A stretch of 64,000 nt of DNA from Eledone cirrhosa (Eukaryota): positions 36,518,001 through 36,582,000 of the forward strand of contig OZ024744.1 of the NCBI GenBank assembly GCA_964016885.1, written 5' to 3'. Positions 39,704-53,110 of this stretch are shown one piece after another. Position numbers and translations under genes: made by a program. The stretch's first letter is position 1, and each line of letters starts with the position of its first letter. Below the pieces are notes generated by a model. That model was not told the DNA's origin. It saw only the letters and a program-made list of their open reading frames with translations, and did not search any database.

Positions 39704-42270
39704 TATTTATTAAAATAACAGATTAAAGTTTAAGCAAAGAATCGCTGCTTTCACCCTTAACGGGATCTTCTGAAACTAAAAAATCAATCTGTCAACGCAA
39801 AAGTAAATATTTCGAAAAACGTTGCAAAGGAAAACAGGAAGACGATACTTTGGTTCGTGAAGACGTTCCCTGGCAATGAACGGAAAAAAGCGAAGATAAT
39901 AAGTCATTATGTGGAGCGGTGAGAACAATTACACGCAAAGACAAAACCAGGTTTATGGTATAAATGGAGTCATTAGACTAATATACTATTTAGGAATCCG
40001 AATGATTCTCGGCTTCAGAGTTAAGAATAATGTAAATAAATTAGTAGAACGAAAATGACAGAGGTTATTGAAATCAACAATAACTAAATATATACATACA
40101 CGTATCCATATATGTACATACACATGCATACGAGAAAACACTCGCCATGGTATGCATATACAAGCACGTACACATAAACAGGCGTACATATACAAAAACT
40201 CGCGCGACACCTGAACCCGCACACATACGAACGTATACAGCAAATACACATAAAAAATTCATGTGTGTGTGCATGTATACATATATTTATATAAACGTAT
40301 ACCTACAGGTAAATACACATATGATCACAAAACTACGTCAACCAAAACACAAAGTTCACATATACAGACCTTACATACGTGCAAACCCGCATACACACAT
40401 GAACACAAAATACACATAAACACATAATCATATACACATGTACCAGTATATATAATATAATATATACACCTATAACAAATACAAGAAAATATACGTACGA
40501 GAAAGTATACGTACCTTCACAAAACATACGGGTCATGTATACTTACCTATACAAATAAGTAATGGTATAACCATAAAATATACTTAGCTACCACATCAAG
40601 AGGTAAATTATCCGCGTTAGGGTATAATATGGGGCTGTAATACAGGAAAGTTTTATGAAATTTAAGTTTACAAGCCGAAATTGCCTCAGATTTTTGTTTG
40701 AGATGTCATTGGTGTAGAGTATTTACAGGGCTTCAGCGGCGCAAAGATCGCATGGTCTTTTATTTCCGTTATACGATCTAGCCTTAATAGGATTTCCCAG
40801 TGTAACTTATATTGTGTGTGGTTGTCTTTTAGACTCCAGATATAAACTGAAAGTGACGTCATATTCCTGCTTGAATCTATTGGCGGTTAACCCTATGTAA
40901 GCTAAACGGGACGTGGGTGTTTCGACCTTACATGTGTAGACAATGTTACTGGAGAGGCATTTCCAGGATAGGGGGCAGTCAACCCTATTCCTACAATTAC
41001 AGTTAGTACTAGCTACAGGGTTGCACGTGTTCCTACGGCTAGGTAATTTAGCTAAATTTGAAGCAGTGATGTTATGTGCAAGGTTAGGTGTCGTAGAGTA
41101 AGAAATTTTAATGGTATTTCTATTAAAAAATGTATTATATTTATGTGCTGAGGGAAATGCCTCTTAATAAGGGAGATAAAGATCTTAGGTAATGGTGTGG
41201 GCACCTCCATATTATATTATGGGTTATACCCTATAACGCGTCGGGATCTATTTTTCTAGGTCTATTCTCATACTCTATATATGCTACCTATCGACAAATC
41301 CACTCCGAGCAAGAGCTTCATTGTAATATGTGGAATGGTCGGTGAAAATATGTTCATTTGTAGATAGACGGGAAAGCCTCAAAGAAACGTTTCTTGCTAG
41401 GTTCTTGGTTATGCTGGCAGGATGGTTAGAATGCTTACTTATGTAATTAAACGTATCATTCGGCTTTATATACCGGTAATGCAAGCCATTCGATAAATTG
41501 AGGGTAACGTCGAGGTAATTACCGACCGAAAGGTTGGCCTCAACGTGTATTAGATAGGTTGAAGCCTTTAAAGAAGGCTGTGAGTTCTTTTCTGAACCTG
41601 TCGCAAGCGCATGGAACAGACTTTGTCATGGTCAAAAGACCGTCATCGCGGTACAAACCACCGCCCACATTGGGGAATTCTTCCTTGATAGAGAAAAGAA
41701 GAAAAACGCCAATAAGATCAGTAAGCTCCGCGGAATCGCTGGCGCCCATACTCACGTCGAATGGGGTACTATTAGATTTTTTTATCCAAATAGAGTCGTC
41801 GAAATTAATCACGGACTTACGGGCATTGAGGATGACATCAACTTCGAAATCCTTAACCACTGTGAGTGTTTTAGCGAAATTGATAGCTCTAAAAAAAGTG
41901 GCAAAGTGATCGAGGAGTAGTAATTATTGATGTCAAATTGGATAAAGCGGCAATGTTCCTTGTTGTATATGACATTCGGTTTCCTAAATAGAATATTAAT
42001 TTACGACTTCATTTATACCATAAACGTGGTTTTGTCTTTGCGTGTAATTGTTTTCTCCGCTCCACATAACGACGTATTATCTTGGCTTTTTTCCGTTCAT
42101 TGCCAGGGAATGTCTTCAGGAACCAAAGTATCGTCATTCTGTTTTCCTTCGGTTGCAACGTCTTTCGAAATATTTACTTCTGCGTTCACAGATTGATTAT
42201 TTTAGTTTCAGAAGATCCCGTTAAGGGTGAAAGCAGCGATTCTTTGCTTAAACTTTAATCTATTATTTTA
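39704..42270 (-). mobile_element. Nematis-like PLE, decayed RT + GIY-YIG, with an inverted pLTR at the 5' end
   Basis: FIQFDI, PFDVSMGASDSAELTDLIG, GGLYRDDGL, NYLDVTLNL, YISKHSNHP, CNCRNRVDCP..IVYTCKV..YIGLTANRFK. Inverted repeats ~39704-39920 / 42060-42270. A short pLTR piece is also at 27653-27720. Confidence 0.9.
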
Positions 42271-42278
42271 ATATATAC

Positions 42279-42372
<94 letters not shown>

Positions 42373-42391
42373 GTATATATATATGTATATA

Positions 42392-42475
<84 letters not shown>

Positions 42476-42481
42476 CATATA

Positions 42482-42539
<58 letters not shown>

Positions 42540-42598
42540 TATTTATATACGTATATATATATACATATATACATATATATATATATATGTATATATAT

Positions 42599-43984
42599 GC
42601 CGTTTCGACGCCTAATTCTGGACTAAATGAAAATGTTTATCCTGGTACATGAATAGCCGAGCTTCTCAGGGGGTAATTCCATATATGGTAAAAGTGATTG
42701 TCACAGGGATTGGTCAAAAGTTTGTTGTTGAGACATAATTCTATCATGGCAATTTGTGGAAGGGAGGGGTAGCTGAACTTGCCAGTAGAAGAAAGATGGA
42801 GAGGGAGTGGAGGAAACCCAGTCGTGCGTTGATAGTGCCAATTACAGCAGGATCCTAAGTGTAGGAGGTCAAGAAAGTATACTAGAGAGGGGGAGGGGGA
42901 GGAAGTCGAAACAATAAGTAAATTAATATGGAGTAAATATATAGAAGAATAATAAGAATGTTAAACATATAAAAAAACAATTTCTGGTTACCACAATCAT
43001 CAAGTCTCTCACTGGTACTGCCAAACTATAGACAAGTTTAATAGGTGAGACGGAATTGTAGTGAAAGGATGTTATGAGTTAGTAGTAATCATCCAAATCT
43101 ATCTTACAGTGACAGGTCAACAAGTAGGGGGCCAAAATACTAAAGAAACTACTACGAAATAATAATTCAGAGTCCCGAAACTAATACGAAATAATAATTC
43201 AGAATCCCGAAAATGAATACTAATACGATATATAAGGGTGCCGCTACGCTACAAAACTTCTAATACAAACTACATAAATGCTCGTACGATATGTATGAAA
43301 CATTTGATACGGAAAATTAATTCAGAATCCCCGCCCCACCCACCCACCAAAAAAAAAATACTGATATACGAGAAACTAAAGCACAGATGCCACTAAGAAA
43401 TCTAGAAAGCACGGAAATGGGGCAGCCATCGGATAAGAAAGCAAGTATCTGGGGTCTATCACATCTGCTATAAAAAACGGAGTCGGCCAATTCTATCATA
43501 GAATAGGGGATGGGGTGGGGGTACTGAGGCTACAAAGGACCGAAGAGCTGCCTCGGGGTGGGCGAGAAAGTGAAAAGGACGACGACAAAGAAGGAGAACT
43601 GGGGTGGAAGGACTAGGAAGGGATGGGGGGAAGAAGGAAATATAGAGGAAACGATAAAAAGATATATAAGAAAATCTTACGTCTACCTTTGCAAGCAGGA
43701 GTTACCCATTACAAAGTCGGCAAGTGGGGTGTTACAGCCCTTGACTACCCCTCGCCCCGGGTCATTATGGGGTTTGAGGGCGAGGTAAGTCCTACGCAAT
43801 CTGTGTTTGCATGCAGTTACCAGTTCGTCTTTCATGTTTAGGAGTTGGTCCGTCGAAAACAGCATTTGTAATGTTTCCTCCGAGCATAAATTGCACGGAC
43901 GGCGTCCTCCCGTGTAAGAGTTGGCTCTGGACAGTAAGCTCCAAGTGAGATCATAGGTTATATTGTTATCTTTGAGGTCCCAGG
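42599..43984 (-). mobile_element. Nematis-like PLE 3' fragment (family C): endonuclease C-terminus + long 3' UTR, ending within the hammerhead
   Basis: The minus strand at 43790-43983 translates to WDLKDNNITYDLTWSLLSRANSYTGGRRPCNLCSEE..LLNMKDELVTACKH. 42599-42790 is homologous to 49160-49350. Confidence 0.8.
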
Positions 43985-43999
43985 GTACAACCCCAGTAG

Positions 44000-44066
<67 letters not shown>

Positions 44067-45697
44067 ATTATTATATAATTGGAATTTTCTTTTTCTTTCC
44101 TATGTTATTCTTTTACAAGTTTTACTATCCACCGAACCAAAAAATGCATTAATTCTCTTTTTCTCCTTTTTCTCTTTTTACATTTGTTTATAATATCAAT
44201 GGAAAATATGAATCAAAATATATGAAATGAAACCATGTATATTTTCTTTTTTATGTTTCCTCTCTTTCGTTCTTTCAGTCCTTTGTTCATTCTTTAGTTT
44301 TTCGTTCTTTCTGTCTTTCTTTCTTTCAATCTTTTGTTCATTCTTTAGTTTTTCTTTCTTTATTTATTTAGTTCAGTTTTTTGTTCTTTCATTAGCTTTT
44401 CGTTCTTTTTTTCTTTTTTCTTTCTTTCTTTCAGTCCATTGTTCATTCTTTAGTTTTTCCTTCTTTCTTTCTTTCATTCTTTCTTTCGTTCTGTATTTCT
44501 TTCTTCATTTATTTATTTTTTCCTTGTATTAATTTTTCCTTCCTACTTTTCTTACTTCTTCCTAACTACTTTCTTTTCCTTAGTTCTTCCTTTCTTTTCT
44601 CTTCAGTTATATCACTTTGTATACAGCGTTCGAGCTCCACTAAAGAAAGAACGTTGAGGTTTCATCTCACAACACACACATAGACACAGACGTGCGTGTA
44701 CATATACACGCATTCACAGACAAACATGCAGATACACACATAGATACACATGTGTGCATATATATATGTATGTTAGTGTCAATATATTTATATACATTTA
44801 TCCACACATCCCCCACAGATATATATATATATATATATATATATAACGAAGGGGTTATGGTAAGGAACCAGATGGACCATAACGCACCAGTGTACTCAAT
44901 ACTTAGGGTAGTAAAGTGGGTAATAGGAAAAATGTTTAACCCCGACGGCAGAGCTCAAGCTGTTTCGACAGCTATTTCTGGATTAAATTAGAATTTTTAG
45001 CGTGGTAATAAAAAGCCGAGCTTTTCAAAGGGGTACTTCCTTATATGGGAAGATTGTAGTTGTCAAAAGTATTGGTCAACATTTCTTGTAAACACAATTA
45101 AATAATTCATGGAAGAGGGTGGGAGGTGGGGTGGCTGTAGAACAATGAGGGAGTGGGTGGAGCAAATTCTAAGGAGTGTGTATAAAATTAAGCTAGTTAG
45201 AAAGCAGGTGAAAAAGGATTCTGGAAGAATTAGAGAGTGAGACGTTATAGAATAGGTTAATAAATTGAGATTAAAAGATAATAAATAAATAAATAAATAA
45301 ATAAATATAAAAATAATAAAATTAAATATTAAAAAGTAATAAAAAAAATCTCTAGAGTCTAAAAGCAGCTGCTATATTTAGTTGGTATTGCGTTTTCGAC
45401 CAATGTTGTATATAATTTACTGGGGTGGCGGTACTGAGGCTACAAAAGCCCGATAGGCTGCCTCGGGGTAGGCAAATGAGGAAAAAGGAAAATAAAGAGG
45501 AGAGGGAGTGGAAGGAAGTGATAGGATGAGATAAAGGGAAGAAGAAAAGAAAAAGGAAGAGAAAAGAAGTACATCTACCTATGTTAGCTGGGGTTTCCCC
45601 TATCTTGTTCGGCAAGTAGGGAAAAGAAGGATGTAACTGCATGTAAACACCGATTGCGTAGGGCTTACCTCGCCCTCAAACCCCCTCATGACCCGGG

Positions 45698-48255
45698 ACA
45701 GTAGAGGGCTTAGGATGGTGTTCTTGGTAGCAATGGAGTGTTACGCCTGAACTCAAATGGTCAGCGACTCCTATCCATATGCAGAGAATTTGAATTGAGC
45801 ATTACAAACACGTTCTTTCAACAATATAAGCAACGGAAAGCAACATGAATGCACCCCAGATCGAAAGATTGGCATATGATTGACTTTATCATCACAAGAA
45901 AAAGTAACACCAAAGCCTTCACCATTACTCATTCCTTTCACAGCACCTGCATGCTCTCTGATCATGCACTCCTACGAACAAGGTGTATTTTCGTCTCATT
46001 CGTAGGAAGCTCCAAAAGTCAGGAATTCTAAAACGAATCAACATTCGGTCATTAAAAACTGCTCAGAAGCAAGACGAACTTTCCTAACAGTTAGATATCG
46101 TACTTGAATCTGTCAACATTTCTGATGATATTGTAGCCTCTTGGAAATCACTAAGAGATGATACGTACCCTTCTTCATTTGAAGTCCTTGGCTTGCCTGT
46201 TGGGAAGCACCAAGACTGGTTTGACGACAACAACTTGGAAGCCCAATTGCTCATAAAGCAGATGCATGATTATCAGTCGGTTTGGATCACAGACAAAAAC
46301 AATTCTGCAAAGCAACAGGCATGCAAAAAGTGCAAAAACCAGATGCAAAAAACGCTCAGACATATGAAAGAGCCTTGGTGGGCAGCTAAAGCAACCGAGT
46401 TGCAGAAGGCTGCGGACCGCAAGGACCGCAAAACATTCTATAATGGTTCAAAGTCTGTTTTTAGTTCTTGTGAGAGTGGAGCTTCACCTGTACTGTCCTC
46501 GGATGGCAATGCTCTGTTGACGGAAAAGTCGGACATTTTACTCCGCTGAAGGAGCATTTTCAATCTGTCTTGAACAATCATCAACTAAAATATTATAGCC
46601 TCTATTCCCCCAGCACCCTGATATACCACAACTTGTACCTGGGCCCTCGCTTGACGAAGTGAGAAAATTCATTAGCCATATATCATCTGGTAAGGCACCA
46701 GGCAAATATGGTATTCCTTCAGAGATCTATAAGTATGGTGGCGAAAAGCTGGTAAAAAACTCCATGATCTTTTTCGCGTTATTTGGAATAACGGCTCTGT
46801 GCTTCAGGTTTTCAAGGATGCATCCATTCAACACCTTTTCAAAAACAAAAGCATGAGATTTGTTTGTGACAACTGGCGGGACATATCATTACTTAATATT
46901 GCTGGCAAAATCCTCACATGACTTATTCTAACAGAATTCTTGAGCACGTTGTCAATGACATCTACCCAGAATCACAGAGAGGTTTTAGGTCAGGTCGAGG
47001 TACAATTGATATGATCTTTGCCCTGCGTCAAGTTGCCGAAAAAGTTAGCGAGAAAAACCAAGAGCTGTACATGGTTTTTGTAGACCTTACTGAGACTTTC
47101 GATACAGTGAATTGAACAACTCTCTGGGATATTCTTAAGAAACTTGGTATTCCCGACGCGATGCTCAACATCATCATCTCTTTGCACCAGGGGATGAAAA
47201 CTGCGGTTCAATTCGACGGAGGGATCTCAGATTCTTTGGATGTCACCAATGGTACAAAGCAGGGTTGTGTGATGGCTACTGTGCTATTGGCCCTTTTCTT
47301 TTCTGTCATGCTCAAATATGCCTTCAACAACTGTGATAAAGGTGAACACTTTCAATTTCGCACTACAGGAAGTCTGTTCAACCACCAGCGTTTCAAAGTA
47401 AAAGCATTCCTCCGAACTGATATCATCTGTGATCGCCTATTTGCAGATGATGCTGCACCTGTCGCAACTTTATTCGAAGATGCTCAGGATTTGGTCAATC
47501 GTTTTTCTGCTGCATGCAAAGCCTTCGGCTTAACTCTCAGCATGAAGAAAATTGAGGTCGTACATCAACCTGCTCCTTCTCCGAAAACTATAAGAGGTGT
47601 GAAGCAGAAACTACCGGTTCATGGATTTCCACCAAACAGAATCATGGTAGACGACAAGCAACACTAGTATGTTGATAATTTCACATACTTACGAAGCAAG
47701 GCGAACCGCAGTATTTGCCTTGATGACGAAGTCACCAACCGCACTTCCAAAGCTTCCTCTGCCTTTGGAAAACTCAATCATCGTCTTTAGAATGAAAAGG
47801 GTGTAAAACTAAATACGAGAGTGCAAGTGTATAAGGCAGCAATTCTCACCACTTTGCTTTATGGATCAGAATCCTGGACACCATACCGATCACACATAAA
47901 CTAGTTGGATGAGTTCTACAAGGGATGTTTGAGATCTATCTGTGGTCATGTACGAGAAGATAAAATCTCCAACGCCAACATCCTAACCAAATGCAACATT
48001 GGGGGAATTGAAACTTCCCGTATGCAATCTCAGCTTCGTTGATCTGGCCATGTCATCCGCATGAGTGACAACAGAATTCCCAAAGTCCTCATGTATGGTC
48101 AGCTTAGCAGCGGCAACAAAAATGCTGATAGGCCATGGATACGATATAAGAATAAGTTGAAATCAAATCCCTTGCGGTGATTGTGAACAAATTGCTGCTG
48201 ACAGAAAGGACTGGAAAGACAGGTGCCATAGTGCGAACACGAGCTTTGAATCCAG
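45698..48255 (+). mobile_element. RTE LINE fragment (partial APE endonuclease + RT), decayed
   Basis: NSNGQRLL..ITNTFF, MHPRSKDWHMIDFII, SDHALL, KHQDWFDDN, GKAPGKYGIPSE, PESQRGFRSGRGTIDMIF, FVDLTETFDTV, GTKQGCV, LFADDAA, GHVIRMSDNRIPK. Confidence 0.93.
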
Positions 48256-49274
48256 TCGCCCTCATACCCATAATGACCCGGGGGAGGGGGGGTTGTAGAC
48301 AAGGGCTGAAACACCCCACTTGCCGACTTTGTAAGAGTTAACCCCTGCTTACAAAGTTTAAGATAGAATTGGCCGATTACGCTGTTTATAGTAGATGTGT
48401 TAGACACCAGATAATTGCTTTCTTTCTGGTTGCTGCTCCATTTCCGTGATTTCTAAATTTCTTAGTAGTATTTCTGCATTAGTATTATTGTATTAGTATT
48501 TATGTATTAGTATTCTGAATTAATATTTCGTATTAGTTTTTTAGTATGTTTGTCCTCAACTTATTAACCTGTAATTGTAAGATAAAATTGGCTGATAACT
48601 ACTAACTATAGCAGTGGTGTTAGACCCTCTGTAAAGATGGCTTTATAAATTTCTTAGTGGTATTTTTGCATTAGTATTCTTGTATTAGTATTTATGTATT
48701 AGCATTCTGAATTAATATTTCGTATTAGTTTTTTCGTATGTTCCTCCTCAACTTATTAACCTGTCATTGTAAAATAGCATTGGCTGATTACTACTAACTA
48801 TAGCAGTGGTGTTAGAGCCCCTGTAAAGATGGCTTTATAAAATTATTTCACTATAATCTCGTATTTAGCATTTTTCTCCACCTATTAAACTTTTCTATAG
48901 ATTAGCAATACCAATGAGAGATTTGGTGATTGTGGGGATGGAGTAGTAACCAGAAATTGTTTTTTATATATTTATTTCCTCATTTTTATAATGGGTTTTT
49001 TGTTAACTCCCTTTCGATTTACCTATTTTTTCACACACACACCCCCCTCGCCTTCTCCAGTACACTTTGTTCGACCTTCTATACACTATCCTTAGAATCT
49101 GTTGTATAGATTTCACTTTCAACGCTTGACTGTGTTTCCCCCAATCCTTCTTTGTTCTACCGTCAAGTTCAGCTACCCTTACCTTCCACTAAATGCCATG
49201 ATAGAATCATCTGTCTTGACAACAAACTTTTGACCAATCCTTTTGACAATTACTATCTTCCCATATATGGAATT

Positions 49275-49370
49275 ACCCCCTGAGAAGTTCGGTTATTTAT
49301 TTACCAGGTTAAAAATTCTTATTTAGTCCAGAATTAGCCGTCGAAACGGCTTGAGCTCTGCCGTCGGGGT
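49275..49370 (+). ncRNA. Type-I hammerhead-like motif with a long stem II (family-C pLTR); copy at 44939-45034(-)
   Basis: ACCCC-CUGAGAA-GUUCGGUUAUU[~33 nt]AAUUAGCCGUC-GAA-ACGGC[UUGAGCUCU]GCCGU-C/GGGGU. Stems I and III are 5/5 bp. Confidence 0.65.
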
Positions 49371-49461
49371 CATACTTGTTCCGATTACCAACTCTACTAC
49401 TCTAAGTATTGAGTACTTTGGTGCGTTATGGTCCATCTGGTTCCTTACCACATTTCCTTAG

Positions 49462-49502
<41 letters not shown>

Positions 49503-49523
49503 CATACATATATATATATATAT

Positions 49524-49555
<32 letters not shown>

Positions 49556-49556
<1 letters not shown>

Positions 49557-50512
49557 CTAGACATGAAAAATGCGCAAGCTCAAAAGTGCCACAGAATGTT
49601 ATAATAAACCTTCAAAAGTTTGGGACTAGAGTTGTTGCTAAAAAATATTGTAATCATTATATATCGTACATTCTGTGGCATCCTTTATAAAAATAGCTTA
49701 AACCAACGAAGCCTTTATTTTTACGCTATTTCACTTAGTTAATTCTTAGAGTGTAACATATAAAAATATGATTTACAACTATAAAATAAATTAATTAATA
49801 TAATAACAGAGCTGCGGAGCTGAAATTTAGGAAATAATGGAGTATCGGATCCTGAGTTGGAGCCAGTCAATTTTTGGCCGACTCCGCAGCCCTGTATAAT
49901 ACATTTCATATTAAAGTTATTAATAAACCTATTTTACACTTCATGCAAATTACCACGAGATATTGATATTAGATATAAGATACAGCGCAATATCTACAGC
50001 TGTAAAAGTACGAAAGCGAAGTAATAATAAGTGGCTTAAGGTAATTCCAATATGAAAGTTTGTAGTGATAAAAATTTGATAATGCAATACGATTGTTAAT
50101 ATTATAGTTCTATGAAAATGTAACAATAGATAACTAAATTATTTTACTATTAGTATATTTAAGAAATTATCATTATAGATTTGATCGTTCATATAAGCAT
50201 CATATTAAGTTTCAACACAATTATTTTGTTACTATGAGTATATGATAATAATATTACGTAATTATTTATAGCTGTTATTACATTAAACATAGATGTATTT
50301 ATTTTTATATGTTACACTCTAAGAATTAACTAAGTGAAATAGCGTAAAAATAAAGGCTTCGTTGGTTTAAGCTATTTTTATAAAGGATGCCACAGAATGT
50401 ACGATATATAATGATTACAATATTTTTTAGCAACAACTCTAGTCCCACACTTTTGAAGGTTTATTATAACATTCTGTGGCACTTTTGAGCTTGCGCATTT
50501 TTCATGTCTAGT
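49556..50512. mobile_element. Non-autonomous element with 213-bp near-perfect terminal inverted repeats (ACTAG...CTAGT)
   Basis: 49556-49768 versus 50300-50512, with one mismatch seen. No ORF. Confidence 0.85.
49807..49894. mobile_element. 88-bp hAT-type MITE
   Basis: Termini cagagctgcggag / ctccgcagccctg. Flanks tataataa / tataatac give a 7-of-8 match, consistent with an 8-bp TSD. Confidence 0.6.
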
Positions 50513-51079
50513 TTAATATTTTTTTAAGGCAACGCTTGTAATAACTCTAGTTAAACAGGATATATATTAATAATAAATTATCGTTGTAATGTAATTAGAT
50601 TATGTAATTGTTATTATAAATTATCTTATAAATATTAGTGTAAGATGTATAAAAATATTTTCAGACTTTTAATATAAACAACTACAAAAAACAATCAATA
50701 TTAAATCAATATATTATACATAATAGAAAACATAAAATATACAATACAAAAACAAAATATTTACATACAATTGCAATTATCAGTGTATATACAGTTTCTT
50801 TATATTCCCTGAGCAAATTAATAAGATTTGTTTTTATTGTACATAATTTGATGACTTGTTGGAGTGTATTAAAAGATAGCAACAATTTGTGATTAAATTG
50901 TTATCTTAAGCAACTCACTTTTTAATAGTTGTTGGCTGAGCGAAATTGTAAAAGCCTATGAGCAAATATAAAAAAAAATACACAAACAACATTTCCTTGT
51001 GTTATTACAACATTAGATAAAATAATTGAGCAATGTCGTTATATTTTGCTCTTATTGCACATTAATAGTGTTTCTATTT

Positions 51080-51235
51080 TTCGGCACAAATCCATTACGG
51101 CAGTCCATTACTGGTACTTTATTTTATCGAATTAGTAAGTATGAAAGTCGAAGTTAACCTCGGCAGGATTTGAACTTAGAATGCAAAGGACCATAACAAT
51201 ACTGCAAAGCATGGTGTCTGACGCTCTACCAATAC
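51080..51235 (-). mobile_element. Nin-domain-type SINE
   Basis: attactggtactttattttatcga..atgaaagtcgaagttaacctcggcaggatttgaactta..ctgcaaagcatgg matches 13748-13915. Confidence 0.7.
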
Positions 51236-51629
51236 TTGTGTTGAGCTGGTCATTAATTTATGGTGGTCGTGCGTGAAGTAGAGCAATCGCTAGTTGAAAT
51301 ATTATGAACAAAACATTTTTATTTGCCGAAGAACATATTTTCAATACTGTTTGTGAATGTGACGAAGGAAATACATTCTGATATGGAACAGTGTACAAAG
51401 TGTGTCTGTGAATAACATAATGTTACCTCATGTTGTTGTCAAGACATAATGGATTTCGTATATCCAGTTAGAAGATGAAACCTAGCCATCTCGGATTAGT
51501 TATATTTCATGCCATGTGTAAACGTGTTTGAGGATAGCAAAATATGCGCGTTAATTATAATAATTAGTTAATAATATTACAAAATATACCTAATTAAACT
51601 CTTTGCTTGAAATTTTATCATTCTTCGTT

Positions 51630-51677
<48 letters not shown>

Positions 51678-52049
51678 GAGAGAGAGATTTATCTAGTCCT
51701 TCGCTCAAGATTAATCTATAAGTTTAGATGTTTGCCTTCGTTTAAGTAAATATTACAGTAAGATTTTTAATATAAACAACTACAAAAAACAATTAATATT
51801 AAAACGAAAAAATTATCAATGATAAAAGAAGCGGATGCAACTTTTTTTTTTATAAAGTTATATTCCTGTTTCTTTAAAGAACATTTCATTTTTGTTCTAT
51901 TGTAGGCGAAATAATGCAATGGTTTAATAGGGAAGATATAACTTACGAATTATGTCTCTAACCGTGTAACGCTTTTTAAGTAGATAACTACAATTGAAAA
52001 TACTAAAGAAATGGAACCAACAATTCAATTTGAAAGTCGTCTAGTGACA

Positions 52050-52100
52050 GTGTATTACTGGTACTTTATTTTATCGACCCGGTAACGATGAAAGGCAAAA
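52050..52100 (-). mobile_element. Nin-domain-type SINE fragment
   Basis: attactggtactttattttatcgacccggtaacgatgaaaggcaaa. Confidence 0.65.
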
Positions 52101-53110
52101 ATGCAAATGCTTAAAATTTAAATTGCCTTAATTCTATCGTCTGCTGTTTCATTAAAGGGAGATTATCGTCTGTATTTAATTCTATCGTCTACTGTTCCAC
52201 TAAACAGATATACCTCCACTATCGTCTCTATTTATACATTTTAACTTATAACTTATACACATTTGATTTGAAATATTTTATCTAGTCCCCCCTCTCAATA
52301 TTATGATGATTTCTTCCGAATGAAACAGTTCTAGTCCTGTAGAAGCCATTTATATATATAATTGAACTGAGTTAAAAATTCACAATATTTATAATTAAAT
52401 AAGCTCATATATATATGTGTGTATTTATCTGTTTATTGTATTATATATAATGTGTGTATATACAGGATGTCCCCCAAAAATATATACACACTTCAACAGC
52501 ATTCTAATAACTATTGCCTGTACAGGTAATCAAAGTGTCAATCGAATGTTAGTTTCGTGTTTTAACAGTACAAATTTACAATACACACATAAAACCAGTG
52601 TAAATACATACATGAGTGTGTATACACATACATGAATGTGTATATACAATATATATGTATATATATATAGACACATATATTCACGGTGCAACGGTACATT
52701 AAAATATAGATGCGGGAGAGGGGGGGGGTGTATATATAGTGGCGCTGGGGATAAAGGAGTGTAAAGCGTGTGTAATTGATATATTGAAGGAGAGGAGCGT
52801 GCAGCGATAGAGTAACAAATATATAGAGAGGGGGAGAGATGGTATTGAAGGGGAGGAGTGCAAAGCGAAAGAGTAAGAGATATATATAGAGACGGAACAG
52901 ATAGAGAGAAACAGGCGTAAGTAACAGTGGAAGAGATATAGAGAGAGGTACTCTGATTGGTTGAAAATTAGCCAATGACATACGATCACCACCACCACGG
53001 CTATCCCCGAAAATTTTTTAAAGAAGCTAGGCATATATGTTAGAACACGAAAAGTGAACATTCTGTTGTTTCGCACTTTTCGTGTTCTAACAGATATACA
53101 TATATATATA

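Larger units (their letters stand above)
44845..49460. mobile_element. Family-C PLE 3' regions in inverted arrangement (44845-45620 minus; 45632-49460 plus) interrupted by an RTE fragment
   Basis: 44845-45080 is approximately the reverse complement of 49225-49460. 45632-45697 and 48256-48360 join to match the reverse complement of 43680-43820. Confidence 0.8.

Noticed and set aside
51340-51415. Cys-rich peptide bits (NTVCECDEG, CTKCVC) reminiscent of TNFR repeats
   Set aside because: They are split across frames with stops and have no clear splice context, so chance is likely.
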